From: the human T2T-CHM13v2.0 reference genome, Homo sapiens
DNA length: 64,000 bases
Reading direction: 5' to 3'
Assembly (NCBI GenBank): GCA_009914755.4
Contig: CP068257.2
Coordinates: 21,504,001-21,568,000, forward strand
Shown here: positions 39,481-52,374 of the stretch, in pieces
Numbering within the stretch: the first letter of the stretch is position 1
Layout of the letters: every line of letters starts with the position of its first letter
The notes under the pieces: model-generated
Seen by the model: only the letters and a program-made list of their open reading frames with translations
Told to the model about the DNA's origin: nothing
The model's database searches: none
Position numbers and translations under genes: made by a program

Positions 39481-39940
39481 GAAAGCTCACTGGTAATAGT
39501 AAGCACAGAGACAAACAGAATATTGTAACAGTGTAATTGTGCTGTGTAAATGACTTATATTTTGAGTAGAAAGACTAAAAGATGAACCTATCAAAAATAG
39601 TAACCATAACAACTTTTCCAGACATAGTATAAAATCTACACATGGAAACAAAAAGTTAAAAAATGAAGCCAATGAAGTTAAACTATAGAGTTTGTGTTGG
39701 TTATCTCTTTACTTGTCTGGTTGTTTGTTTGTTTCTGCAGTGTTAAATTGACATCAGTTTAAAATGATGGGTTATATTATTTGCAAGCCTCGTGGCCACC
39801 TCAAATCAAGAAACAACAGATATGTAAAAGATAAACAGCAATGCATTAAGTAATACCACTAGAGAAAATCAATTTTACTAAAAGGAAGAAAGAAAAGAAG
39901 GAAAATAAGACCAAAAACCAACCAGAAAGCAGAGAATAAA

Positions 39941-41145
39941 ATGGCAGAACTAACTTCTTACTTACCAACATTGAATGGAAATTAATAAAACCCTCCAATC
40001 GAAAGATATAGAGTGGCTGAATGGATTTTTTAAAAAGGACCCAAAGATCTGTTGCCTGCAAGAAACACACTTTACCTATAAATATACACATGGATTGAAA
40101 ATAGGGACATAGAAAAATATATTCCATGCAAATGGACACCAAAAGAGAGCATGAGTACCTACAATTACATCAAGTAAAATAAATATCAAATCAAAAACTC
40201 CATGAAGAGATAAAGAAGGTAGTTTTAATGGCAAAGGGTCAATTCAGCAAGAGAATGCAACAATTATAAATATATGCACCCAACAGTGGAGCAGCTAGAT
40301 ATATAAAACAAATATTATTAGTACTAAAAAGAGCGATAGACCTCAAAAAGAATAATAGCTGGAGATTTCAACACCCCACTTTTGGCATCGGACAGATCAT
40401 CCAGACAGAAAGTCAACTAAGAAACATCAGATTTAATTTGCACTATAAACCAATTGAATATTTATTGATATTTAAAGAACATTTTGTCTAACAGATAAAG
40501 AATACAAATTCTTCTCCTCAGCACATGGACCATTCTCAATAATAGGTAATATATTGGGCCCCAAAATAAGTCTTAAATAGTCAAAAAAATGAGATCCTAT
40601 CAAGTATTTTTTTTCTGACCCCAATGAAATAGAAGAAGAAATCAGTAACAAGAAATTTTGGAAACTTTAAAAACACATGGATATTTTTATAAACAATATG
40701 TCCCTTAATGAGAAGTGGGTCACTGAAGAAATTAAGAAAGGAATTAATCAGTTTTTTTAAAAAAACAAATGAAAATGGAAACACAACATACCAAAACCTA
40801 TGAGATAGAGCTAAAGAAGTACTAAAAATATAACAGTAAACAACTACATCAAAAATGTAGAAAACCTACAAATACACAACCTAATAATACATCTTACGGA
40901 ATAAAAAAAGAGCAAACCAAAGCTAAATTTAATAGAAGAAAATAAATAATAAATATCAGAGCTGAAATAAATGAAATTAAAAATTTTAAAAATACAAAAC
41001 ATCGACAAAATAAAAGTTGATTTGTTGAAAAGAAACAAAATCAACAAATTTTTAGCCAGATTTACTAAGATATAAAAGAGAGAATAACCAAATAAATAAA
41101 ACCAGAGATCAAAAAAAGAGATTTTACAATTGATAGTGCAGAAAT
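39941..41145 (+). pseudogene. L1 ORF2 N-terminal (endonuclease to pre-RT) remnant with many stops
   Basis: MAELTSYLPTLNGN..ARNTLYL.IYTW..KNNSWRFQHPTFGIGQIIQTESQ..EIKNFKNTKHRQNKS, compared with L1 ORF2 MTGSNSHITILTLNINGLN..CIQETHL..IMGDFNTPLSTLDRSTRQK... Confidence 0.7.
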
Positions 41146-42964
41146 TCAAAGTAAAAATAAAGTAGTTGCTTAAGTATCATTAATCGTCTGAAATTGTCAT
41201 TTGCCACAACATGGATAGAACTGGAGGACATTATGTTAAGTGAGATAAACTAGGCACAGAAAGTCAAACATCACATGTTCTCACTTGTTACAGCTAAAAA
41301 TTAAAACAATTAAACTCTTGGAGATGGAGGAGAATGATGGTCACCAGTGGCTGGAAGTGGTAGAGGGGGAGGATTGGAAATGGATAGTAAACACAAAAAT
41401 ATAGTGAGATAGAATCAGTACGATCTAATATTTAATGGCACAACAGGGTCGTTCCGATTATTATCCTTTAGTTATAACTAACTTTTTAAAACCATTTTAG
41501 TTAAAATAACTAAAGGATTATAACTGGAATGATTATAACACAAAGAAAGCATTAATGTTTGAGGTGATGGATACCCCATTACACTGATGTACTTATTACA
41601 CATTATATGTCTTTATCAAAATATTTCCTGTACTCCATAAATATATACACCTACTATGTACTCATCAAAATTTTTAAAAACTCACTATATATGACAATAT
41701 TAGAAATAGTAAAATTACTATTAACATACAAATCCTTTATTATAAACCTCCCATATAGAAAAGCAGAGATAGCTTCACTTCTAAATTATTTCAAGTTCTT
41801 TTAAGGTGCAAATAACACTAATTTTTCACCATATTTTCTAGAAATTTGATAAACAGGTAAGACTTTCTAACACCTTTTATGATTTATTAATAAAATATTA
41901 TAAACATTGAAATACCATTCTTAAATAAAATGTTAGCTAAATTAATTTTAAAAATATATAAAAATAATGATAGGTCACAGGCAGTGGATTTATTCTAGCA
42001 ATAGAAGGATGACTTAATATTAGAAACCACATCAGTATCAGTGCAACTCATCATATCCATATGAAAAAGTTATTTAGTAAAATCTAAGCACACATTTCTG
42101 ATTTAAAAACAACACTAATCAAAATCAATCTTTTAATAAGCTCATAAAATTTATTTTAAATAAACTCAATTTGATATATGGTATGTCAGTATAAACTACA
42201 GACAATTCCACTGTTATTATACATCCAAAGTGTCCATACTGAGATTAGGTTAAAAAACCCAATGCCACCTTTGACTTCTATTTACTAGTTTACTGGAGTT
42301 CCTAAAAAAAGAGAAAGAAATAAAAAGCAACATTTTCAGCACTGAAATACAATTTACTTTGTACATTGTACATACATATATGTTTTTTTCAGATGAAAGA
42401 TTGTAAATATAGGAAAACCAATATAAAAGCACTAGAAAATCAGGAAGTGAATCAGGTGAGTTTGCTGGATATAAAAACTTAATATAAAATTCAGTTGTAT
42501 TCTGTACACAGCAATAAATAAAAAGTAATAAAAAAGTTTTGAAACCTCCAAAATGACACAAGATGAAGATACTGCCTTACCTGTGTCACATCACAAGAAA
42601 TAAAGACATCACACACCATAGATTTTGGTAAAATTAATTCAGAAAATACTTTTAATAAACTCCTAATTTCAAATAGGATTTTACATGAAAATATATGACT
42701 CATGGGACTCAAAAACTCGACAGTTTGCAAGTGTGTATAGGCTTTTGTTCTCAGACCTCCACTAGGCCTTCCTGAAAGCTTGGATTCAGAGTAATAGACT
42801 AGAGAAAGTCTTCCTTAGTGGTTCATACCTATAGGAGAAGAGAAATTCTGCTAGAATTCTCTTCCCCAATAGAAAAAAATATATATTAATCACCTCGGAG
42901 TCACAGGATTCATAAATGAACATGTCACTTCAGTCATTTTTGTAACTCATTATAGCATAACATT

Positions 42965-43330
42965 TGCCCAAATGTCATGTTGAATTATTACCTCAAATGT
43001 TGGAGGAGGGTCCTGATAGGAGGTGATTAGATCATGGGGGTGGATTTCCCCCTTGCTGTTCTTGTGTCAGTGAGTTCTCAAGAGCTCTGGTGTTTAAAAG
43101 TGTGTAGCACCTCCCTGCTGTCTCTCTTCCTTCTGCTCCAGCCACGTAAGAGGTGCCTGCTTCCCCTTTGCCTTCCACCATGATTGAAAGTTTCCTGAGG
43201 CCTTCCCAGAAGCCGTCATGCTTCCTGTACAGCCTATTGAACCCTAAGTCAATTAAATGTCTTTTCTTTATAAATTACCCAGTCTCAGGTATTTCTTTAT
43301 AGCAGTGAGAGAAATGGACAAATACACCAC
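42965..43330 (+). mobile_element. MaLR LTR (MST/THE1-like), 5'-truncated
   Basis: ..GGAGGAGGGTCCTGATAGGAGGTGATTAGATCATGGGGGTGGATTTCCCCCTTGCTGTTCTTGTGTCAGTGAGTTCTCAAGAG..GCCTTCCACCATGATTGAAAGTTTCCTGAGGCC..TTTCTTTATAAATTACCCAGTCTCAGGTATTTCTTTATAGCAGTGAGAGAAATGGAC (hallmark THE1/MST 3' end). Confidence 0.8.
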
Positions 43331-44436
43331 TATTAAAACTAGGTATTATTATTGATCCATACCTCACACCTAAATTTTTCAGTTCCAATATTAGATTATA
43401 ACTAATTGTCAGTACATTAATTAAATTTAAGGGTTGTCTGAATCACCTTGAAGAGAGGCTTTAGTTATGTGTTTATGAGTTGAATGACATCTTTCAAAAA
43501 ATAATAATATTGTCTTCATAAATAGTTACTTAAGCATCATTAATCTTCTGAAATCGTTAGGAATAATGATGGAAGACTACAATTTGCTTCTTAATACTGT
43601 TATGTGGAGTTCAAATTAAGTCATAAATCAAGGAATTTCTAATTTGCTCCAGTATTCCAAAGCTCACTTAAACAAATTGTTTTACATACACTCTCTAACA
43701 TGAAAAATCCCTTAATTTTGTCTTACTATTTACTAGATTTTACTCTAAGAATCCAGTTGATTAGTTCAGTAATTAGCCTAGGATCATTGTATAAAACTAG
43801 TCCTACAAGTTTCATGTTTAAAAACCTGTTTATTGAATGTTAACACATTCCATAAGAATAATATCCACTTTTAAAAGATATCTGAATTAAGTTGCATGTT
43901 TTCATAGCTTTTATTATATGGACATTTATTAGCCCACAGCACCCTCAAAAGATCTGAACTTCGAAATCTATGCAGACATTTTCACTCTTTCGTGCATAAG
44001 GATAAAGTCACACTGTCCTCATTTGGCCACATGTAGTCACTTTTTGAGGGACAATGTGTGGGGGTTGATTTCTACAAAGCAAAATGTAAACATATAATGA
44101 AATACATATAAGCCAGATGATGAACAAAACTTCTTACAAATGATAAACAAACAAATGTTTGTTGTAATTCATTTTTTCCCTCAATGACAATTCATTTTCT
44201 TTGTTTGCTTGTCGGATTTTTCTGATTCACTTGAACAGCAAGTACTCTCATTTAGAATAATTTTCTCAACATACATATAAACCAATATTTTAATATATAT
44301 TAACTTAAAAATAGTGTTCTGTTCATGAACACCATACTATATCTGAAGGCTTTTTAATCAGTGCATTTTAAAATTGTGTTGCCATTCTATCCAGTAGGGG
44401 ACGTGTCTGTAAAAATTTGTTACCAACATTAGGTGC

Positions 44437-44535
44437 CATGGGCTACCCCTTTAGCCTCAGCAACTCAGAAGGCTGAGGTGGGGGGGCTACTTGGGGCCAC
44501 GAGTTTGAGACTAGCCTGGGCAACATAAAAAGATT
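44437..44535 (+). mobile_element. Alu-monomer-like (FLAM/FRAM-type) fragment
   Basis: GGCTGAGGTGGGGGGGCTACTTGGGGCCACGAGTTTGAGACTAGCCTGGGCAACATAAAAAGATTC resembles an Alu left-monomer core followed by an A-rich stretch. It is short and diverged. Confidence 0.4.
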
Positions 44536-45329
44536 CTTAATTTTTCTAAAAAAATGAAATAACCAGAGCTTTGAAAAAAATATAGTAATTAACCTGATGG
44601 TGTAAATTAAACTGTGTGTATTCAAGTCTATGAAGTTCTTTCTATTAAAGCCATTTAAAATGGAGTCATTAAACATCACAGTTTTAACTGCTACATTATT
44701 ATCTAAGCAATATCTTTTGAACTTACCAAATTAAAGCAAAATAAACATGATATTTTTATAATACTTATTTCCAGGTCCACATTTTCATAGAAAGGTTGAA
44801 ATTCAGCATTGCCCAAATAATCCTAAAGCCTAAAATGTTAGTCATTAATATCTCACATGAAAGTAGATGAATGAAAAATGTGGTAGAATACTAATTAGCT
44901 GTATTGTAATCTCTATCTTAAGTGGATATAGTACTCATTAGATTTCATTTTAAGATGAATTTCTCATGCACAGTCATTAAATCCTATTTTCCTATCCAAG
45001 AGACCTTCACTGTCCTGGGGACAGAAGGCAGACGAGTTTTCCTCTGACCCATCTCATTCTGTCTTTGTCTGTGACAAAGAACCAGTGATGAAATGATACA
45101 GCCTTCATCAAGGCCAAAAGATAATTACTCACAACATATCCAAGTAGAAAAATTTGCAAAAATAATGCAATGTGTGATGCTTAATACCATGTACAAAAAT
45201 AAAAAGTGTTTATTGCTTTTCAAAACATATGAAAGAGATGATAATGAGGAGATTCACCAGTGGTTGGGAGAATTCCACAAAACCTGAATGATGGAAAGAG
45301 GAGAGGCCTGTCTGAATGCATAAAATAAG

Positions 45330-45700
45330 CTGACAATTTGGCAGTCTAACAACTAACACAGCCTAATATAGCTTAATATCATGAGTTTGTTCTTTGGGGA
45401 AGTTCTATGCTCAGAGTTCAAACACTCAATTGTGATCAGGAGTGAAGGTAGTAACCTCCATCTGTCTCCTCTGCATACTCAAATCAGAATGAATTCAACC
45501 CACATTCCTTCCACACCTCACAACAAACTCCAGACAAAACCCTAAAAGTCTGTCCTTACAGTAGCTGTGACATATGAAATTTCCTCTTAGTGTGGATGAG
45601 AACTCTCCAGAGTTAAGCTATCTGAATTTTGGCTTTGAGTGTCTAGTGGTCTGACAGCTGGCTCTTTGCTCAGTCAAAGAAAAGGAATTTAGATGTACTT
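45330..45700 (+). repeat. Copy A of a diverged direct repeat pair of about 370 bp, unidentified family
   Basis: ..TAACACAGCCTAATATAGCTTAATATCATGAGTTTGTTCTTTGGGGAAGTTCTATGCTCAGAGTTCAAACACTC..GGAGTGAAGGTAGTAACCTCCATCTGTCTCC.. aligns at roughly 70-75% identity with 46445-46800. Confidence 0.5.
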
Positions 45701-46444
45701 ATCAGTATTCCCGATCGAAGACAGAATTATTGGGCAACTAAATCAACAATGCACACACATAACGCAAATCAAAAAAAAAGGAACTTAGTAGCTTAATAAT
45801 AGTGATGTGTTTGTATATTTCTCACTAAAATTATAAAATAAAGGACTCTAAAACCATGAAGAAATCCCTGCCTAAATAATAGACTACCTCAATAGAAAAA
45901 CAGAAAACTCAAGCTATAAAAGAAAAGCTCAAAAATCAAACAAAATAAACCAACAATCACACCAACAAGCCAAGTCAAAGAAAAATAAGCACTAAGGCTA
46001 CCCTCAAAATAAATAACTGCATGTAAATACAGATATACAAGAAAATAATAAAATAATTATAACAGGGTGTTTTTAAAAGTAAAAAAATGGAAATTTCTTA
46101 GCAATATAAAATATATTTAAATAAAATTAATATAATTTGGAAAATTAAAACTGATGAAATACCTGAGAATACAGAGTAAAATAAAGAAAAAAAATATGGG
46201 AATACATAATGACTTGGAAGACAAATCTAAAAATTCCATTTACTAGTTACTAGAAATCCAAGAATGAATGAACTAAAATCCAAGAATGAATGAACTAATA
46301 TTAACAATTAAATTAATGAGTTCTCACAGTTGAAGAAGTTTCTTTATGTTGAAAGAGAATGCAAAGTGCTAAGAACAATGATTCCAAAACAATCTAAACG
46401 CAAACATGTGCTCAGAAAGTCTGGAACATTTAGTGATCTGGATG

Positions 46445-46800
46445 GATGACAAAGTGTAGAAAATGATAGCCTAACACAATTAACATAGCTGAATGCAGCT
46501 TAGTGTCATGGATGTATTCTTTGGAGGGTTCTGTGCTCAGAAGTCAGACTCTACTACGGACAGGAGTGAAAGGTAGTAACACTCATCCCTCTACACTCAA
46601 GTTACAGTGGGTTTGGTCCGTATCTCCACCACATCTGACACTCAATTCTAGGCAAAACCTTAATAGTTTCCATAAAGTATAAGTGGATTAGATCATATTT
46701 AAGATAAAATAATCTAAATTTGGGTGACAAAAACAGCGTGTTGTTCCTCTATAATTGAATGATATTTGGTCTGGAGTCTGACTCATGTTCTGCTACAGCA
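46445..46800 (+). repeat. Copy B of the diverged direct repeat pair
   Basis: ..CCTAACACAATTAACATAGCTGAATGCAGCTTAGTGTCATGGATGTATTCTTTGGAGGGTTCTGTGCTCAGAAGTCAGACTC..GGAGTGAAAGGTAGTAACACTCATCCCTCTACAC.., in the same orientation as copy A. Confidence 0.5.
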
Positions 46801-47357
46801 GATTATAAAGGTAGTATTTCTCAAAATTTATATGTATCTTAATCACCTAGAGAAATTAAAACAGATTTCTGTATTTTGTCCAAGTCAGTAAGTCTAAAAT
46901 ACAGCCCCACAAGCAACAAGCTCCAAAGTGATGATAATGATGGCAGTTTGTGAATTACCCTTTGAAGAAAATGATCCTGGAAGACAATAGGGAAATTATT
47001 CAAAATCCTTAGAAAAATGATGTTAAACCTTCAATTATATTCATAATCAAGTGCTTTTATTTCCAGTTATATTCTTTTATTCTTATTTTAATATCTATGT
47101 ATAACTATGTCTTTCAAAATTTCACTTTCTCATTATCAAAAAGGTATAGAAATCAATTGACATTAGATTATTATTTTTATTACAAGTAGTCTTGTGAAAT
47201 CCTTTTATTAATTCTATTACTGTATTCTCTAAATGAATGTATAGTTTTCACAGATATCTAAGGATTACTTTTTTTTAATCTGACATTTTCTTGAAAAGTT
47301 GACTTCATCATTTGTTTCACTATAGTAAGCAAAACATGACTTTTAAATGTATGAATT

Positions 47358-47661
<304 letters not shown>

Positions 47662-50221
47662 TGAATTTATTTTCAAATAAGGTTAGAGAGGAGGGATGGA
47701 ATGAGGTGGGAGCAGGGGATGAAATTCTTAGAAGAGACGATTGCTTACAAGAGACAATAAATAGCCAACACACTTTAACCTATTATTGCAATTAAGCCTT
47801 TTATTGTATATTTCCAAATATTCTACACTGCTATATATAAATAAAAATATTTGCAAAACCCCTAGTTATGTATCAAAATACACAGGTAACTTATGATTTA
47901 TCGTCATATATTTACATAATTTGCATTTATATTTACTACCATAACAGGACAAATTATTGTAAATATTAAATTTTGTGTATATATTTTATCTTAAATTATT
48001 CTGATACATTTTCAAGTAAAATGTGGGTATTAACAAGGTTATTTAAAAATGGCTTGTTCCTGCTGCATGAAGGGTTTGTCTGTCACACACAGCATGTGTC
48101 TTTTCATTATGTGGCATTCATTTATATTTTGGGTTTCAATCATCACTATGTTACATGAAAACAAATGTTGAACAAATCCTTTCTGGTGACTCAAAGAAAA
48201 GATTAACATTATAATTTTATGGAATCTCTTGAAGCCTGTTGACATTACTGATTAAATGGTAATTAAAGTTAGGGATAGTTTGCAAATTTGTATCAATTAT
48301 AATATTATCTATATTTTTTCCTATCTTTTCTTATGTTTTTTCTCATTCTGTCTCTCCTTTTACTCATCCTTTTTTTTCCTGCTAATCTGCCACATTAATT
48401 ATTCCTATCTTGGGTTTTATAAAATCTAAATATTGACACCCTATATGGAAAAATCTTGAATAACTGTAACCCAAATCCTAACTCAAAATGTGAATTTATT
48501 TAAATATATTGATGGTGACCCTCATAATTTCACAAATAAGCGTTCCTATATGTGTGAATAGCTAGAAGTATTACTTCTAAATTGCTAACAATAAAAGTCT
48601 GCCTCAAAGAATAATTACACTAATTATCATACAGACTTACTTTTTATCATTGAAGTCTCCCAAAATATTTTGAAATCTAATAGCATTTCCAGAAACTTCT
48701 TTTCTAAAATAATGTACTCAATACAACTATTCTTACAACCTTGAAATCCCATTAATGATATTTTATTTGATTTAAATTTTAGTAATAAAATTTAATTCTG
48801 CATGTACCCTGCACCCTAATAGGCGTTTTACACTGAAAATCTTGTATTTATAAGGAGTGCTAGAGTTTAAGGATCTGTTTAACAAGAACATATTTAATGT
48901 TCACACTTAAAATTTTATAGATTACATTATATCCTCTCAACATTTATCTTTCCAGACTTAAATGATCTCACTTTTGGTATATCTTACGTGAAAATCTGTG
49001 TTTTTTCTCACTTTTTACTGGATTTGCCTCACATACGTCGTACCTCCCTCCCTATAATAAAATACATCATTTACCATTTTAGAAATGCAGTCTTCTTTTC
49101 AACAGTGTATACGTAAGAGCTCACATTACATGGCCATTTTATGAGCCTATGAATTTGGATTTTTTTTGCTCTTTGCATGATAACCCTAGAACAGCAGGTT
49201 GGTGTTATAGACTATTTTGGAGTTCTGTGCTGTAATTTGAGCAGGACTTAATTACCTTGTTTCACATGGAACCTCTATAATAAACCCATCAGACTGTAGT
49301 AACTGAGACTTACTGAAGAATTCTTTTGGCCTTCTATAGATTATTGAGGTCAAAGTTGCCCACGGCTCACATTTATTTAGGATTTTATTGAGAAGACTAA
49401 TTTCCTTCTATAGAGAAAGAAATTAAATAATATATGGTCATATGAGAGAAAGAAAAATGTTTCTAAATTTGTCATTGACTATTTCTACTTACTACTCAGC
49501 ACAGACCTTATAATCTATCACTGAAATGCGTCACAAATAGTTCACAAAACTCCATGGATTCTTCTGTGCTTAATCGATGCGTCACCTTTAGGCTTTAGTT
49601 AAAATGATATTTTATTTCTGAAAATCTTTATAACAATATACCTGGTCATTCTTATAAAGAAAAAAAGGCATTTTATTCACAATTTTGATAAAATTTATTA
49701 TTTTTCTTTTTAGAAAACAAGAGGACAAAAATTAAAAGTAGGGACTAACGTGGTTATGGAATTTATACACAATTTCATGAACCCCATCATAGGGCTCTTT
49801 TTAAAGGAGATTTAAATCTAGATGTGGGTCGAGACTTCAAACATTTAGCAAGGCAGACAAGCGTGAATTGTTTTGATTCTTCTGCGAAACATTGCAGAAA
49901 CTGGTGTGATCTGTTCCCCAGTGTGTTCCCACAAAGTCACCAATATTCAGAGGCTCTGATTCCATTAGACAACAAGCAATGCTCACAGAAATAGAACTTA
50001 TGCCTTGTCTGACTGCTCAAGCACATGGCCGCAAACCTTACTGAAGTCAGCCTTGTCTTGTGATTGGGTTTCTAACTTCATTCCAAGCTCTCACAGAGAG
50101 TAGAATATTAAAGATGAAAGATTAAAGTTGCACGGTAGAATTCTTTTCAATATAATAAACATTAAAAAGTGGTAATTTACAAATGAAAAAGCTTCCATGT
50201 CTATTGGAAGCATAGTTTACA

Positions 50222-50560
50222 ATTCAAGCACATACAGATTGAGCACATCTAATGTGAAAACCCGAAATCCAAAACTCTCCAAAATCCAAAATACTGAGTG
50301 TCAACATGATGCCACAAGTGGGAAGTTCCACAAATAAATATTTAATACAAATTTGCTTCATGCACAAAATTATTAAAATATTGTGTAAAATTAGCTTTGT
50401 GCTATGTGAATAAAGTGTATATGAAAAATAACTTAATTTCATGTTTAACCTTGGGTCCTATCCCTAAAATTACTTATGTATATGCAAATATTCCAAAATT
50501 CAAAAAAATCCAAAAAGCATTTTGCATAAGCAATACTCAACATGTACATCTGTTTTATGT
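50222..50560. mobile_element. Terminal fragment of a Tigger-family DNA transposon, same family terminus as at 34393-34432
   Basis: TACAGATTGAGCACATCTAATGTGAAAACCCGAAATCCAAAACTCTCCAAAATCCAAAATACTGAGTGTCAACATGATGCCACAAGTGG is the reverse complement of GGATTTTGGA..GGATTAGGGATGCTCAACCTGTA-type terminal sequence plus GAGCACCGACATGATGCTCAAAGG-like palindromic region. A direct partial repeat ..CCAAAATTCAAAAAAATCCAAAAAGCATTTTGC lies at 50490-50525. Confidence 0.5.
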
Positions 50561-50788
50561 AGAAAGATGATGAATATCTGCCTATCTTCATTCAAACCTC
50601 TCGTTTCCAATCCAATGTTCATTTATTTATTCAAATTCAAAGTATATACATATGCAGGCTTTTTTTTTTTACCTCATAATGATGTATACATATCAGAGCA
50701 TATATAACTCATTGATTAATATAGCATACTTTAATTAATAAGACAAAGCCTAATTTACTTGATATATTAGATTATATGCAATATGCGT

Positions 50789-50815
50789 TTGTGTGTGTGT
50801 GTGTGTGTGTGTGTG
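50789..50815. repeat. (GT)13 microsatellite
   Basis: GTGTGTGTGTGTGTGTGTGTGTGTG. Confidence 0.9.
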
Positions 50816-51479
50816 CAGTTTTTGTGTGTATGTGAAATAGAGAAATGAGAGACAAAGGAAAATACAAAGAGGCAACCCAAAGAAATCAAAGAAACAGAAA
50901 AACAAAAAGATGATTGAAAAGATTAAGGACTGCATTTGGAATATTAATAAGACTTTTATTTTAACTAGTGTCATTGTAAATATTTTTCTGTTATCAATTT
51001 AATTTTCATGGAATAACAACAACAAAACCCTAAAATAAGGTTTTTATTTTAGGCCTTCCTGCCTTCTTCCTTCCTTTGCTGCTTGCCTGCCTTCTTCCTT
51101 TTGTGATTTTTAAGTTTCTTTAAAAATTCCATTAGGTAGGCCTATTCACAACTACTTACTTTTGACCTGCTTTAATACATTAAAATACAACTTTATATAA
51201 TTTATGAAAATATATTCTTACATATTTCATACAAGACTTATTCTTACTATCAAGTTATTTTAGGTTGACAATATATCACTTTAACTAACTAGATAGAGTC
51301 TACCTTCAAATATCATTGTACCACTTTGCGTGCAGCTTAAGGAGATTACAACAGTGCATTATCAACCGCTTCACTCTCTTATTTGTATTATTTTGCCACA
51401 CTTTTTATATAAACTATAAATATGTGATGCATTGTTACTAGCTTTACCTTAGCTAGTCAGTTTTCTTAAGAGCAATAGA

Positions 51480-52370
51480 AAATAAGAAAGCGTAATTTTC
51501 TCTTAATTTGTTCATTTTCTGAGGCTCTTTCTTTGTGTAGAGTCTAGTTTCTATTTAGTATTATTTTTCTTCTTCAGGAAGTTCCTTTAATATTCCTTGT
51601 AGAGTACATCTGCTGGCTGTTTGGTTCCTCATTTTTTGCTTGTTTGAAGAAATGGTTTTTCTCTTTCATTTTTGAAATATCTTTTTATTATCTATAGAGA
51701 TGAGTTGATAGCTTTCGTTGTTATTTTGCTTTGCCTTTCAGCACCTTAAAGAACTATTTCCATTATCTTTTAACTGGCATGATTCTTGACAAGAAGTCTT
51801 TTGTAATTTTATCTTTGTTCCTTCATATATATCCTTTCTTCTATCTTCAAGGTATCTTTTGTTATTTTTTTCCATCAGTTTGAATAAGATATGCCTAGAT
51901 GCTGTTTTGTTATTGTTTGTTTTATTGTCATTTGTGTTTTAATCTTTTTCCTATTTAGTGTTTCTAAGTATCTCGGATATGTGATTGCCTCTCATTTTAC
52001 TTTGAAAATGCCTAGACCATCATTTATTTAAATATATTACTTCTTCCTTGTTCTCTTTTCTCTTTCTGAAATTCCAGTTACACATATATTAGGTCAATCG
52101 ATACAGCCTGACAGTACTCAGATGCTTTTTATTTTCTTCTTTTTTCTCACATTCAGTTTTATTGCTTTCTATGGATTCATCTTCAAGTTCATGATTATTT
52201 TCTCAGCTGTGAGAGGTCCGTGAATGGCATGCTTCACTGTTTTCACTGTTTTTATTTCCTAGCATTTCCAATTCTTTCTGATAGTTTCTTTACTACCTCC
52301 CTGATGAAACTGCCCATGTAATTTTATGTTTCCACTAGAGTTTTGACATAATCAATCACAGTTATTTTGC
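51480..52370 (-). mobile_element. Old L1 ORF1-region fragment, reverse orientation
   Basis: Reverse-complement translation reads ..HELEDESIESNKTECEKKEENKKHLSTV..YMCNWNFRKRKENKEEVIYLNK.WSRHFQSKMRGNHISEILRNTK.., then ..KDKITKDFLSRIMPVKR.WK.FFKVLK. Compare L1 ORF1 SELEDRSIEI..EQKEKRMKKNEQSLR..IRVIGVPEGEERE..ENFPNLMKD..ITYKGSPIRLSADFSSETMEARRQWDDIFKVLK. Confidence 0.65.
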
Positions 52371-52374
52371 TTAT

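Larger units (their letters stand above)
36531..41690 (+). mobile_element. Old L1 (L1PB/L1MA-class): 5'UTR with tandem repeats, ORF1, 5' part of ORF2, internal deletions, 3' end
   Basis: 5' end GGGAAGCAGAGCAAGATGGCCAAATAGAACCCTCCAG (L1 5' start is GGAGCCAAGATGGCCGAATAGGAACAGCTCC). ORF1 from ATG 38564 (..FPNLEKDINIQVQEGYRIPSRFN..KTKQIIYKGTPICLAEDLVETLQARR..). ORF2 from ATG 39941 (endonuclease region ..NSWRFQHPTFGIGQIIQTESQ..). ORF2 homology stops near 41145, where a roughly 50-bp [12 protein letters not shown] piece follows. It resumes at the extreme C-terminus (ATWMELEDIMLSEINQAQKVKHHMFSL) and L1 3'UTR, ending ..CTCATCAAAATTTTTAAAAA. Confidence 0.8.

Noticed and set aside
41465-41540. 12-bp perfect inverted repeat TCCTTTAGTTAT..(about 30 bp)..ATAACTAAAGGA forming a potential hairpin
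   Set aside because: It lies inside the old L1 3'UTR and is A/T-rich, so it is most likely a chance or element-internal feature with no independent significance.
41145-43570. A roughly 40-bp near-repeat (TTGCTTAAGTATCATTAATCGTCTGAAATTGTCATTTGCC at about 41150 versus TTACTTAAGCATCATTAATCTTCTGAAATCGTTAGG at about 43525), considered as a long TSD or L1 3' transduction boundary
   Set aside because: Both copies align to the L1 ORF2 region encoding ..IREMQIKTT.. (ATGCTCAACATCACTAATCATCAGGGAAATGCAAATCAAAACC). They are more parsimoniously two small L1 fragments than target-site duplications.
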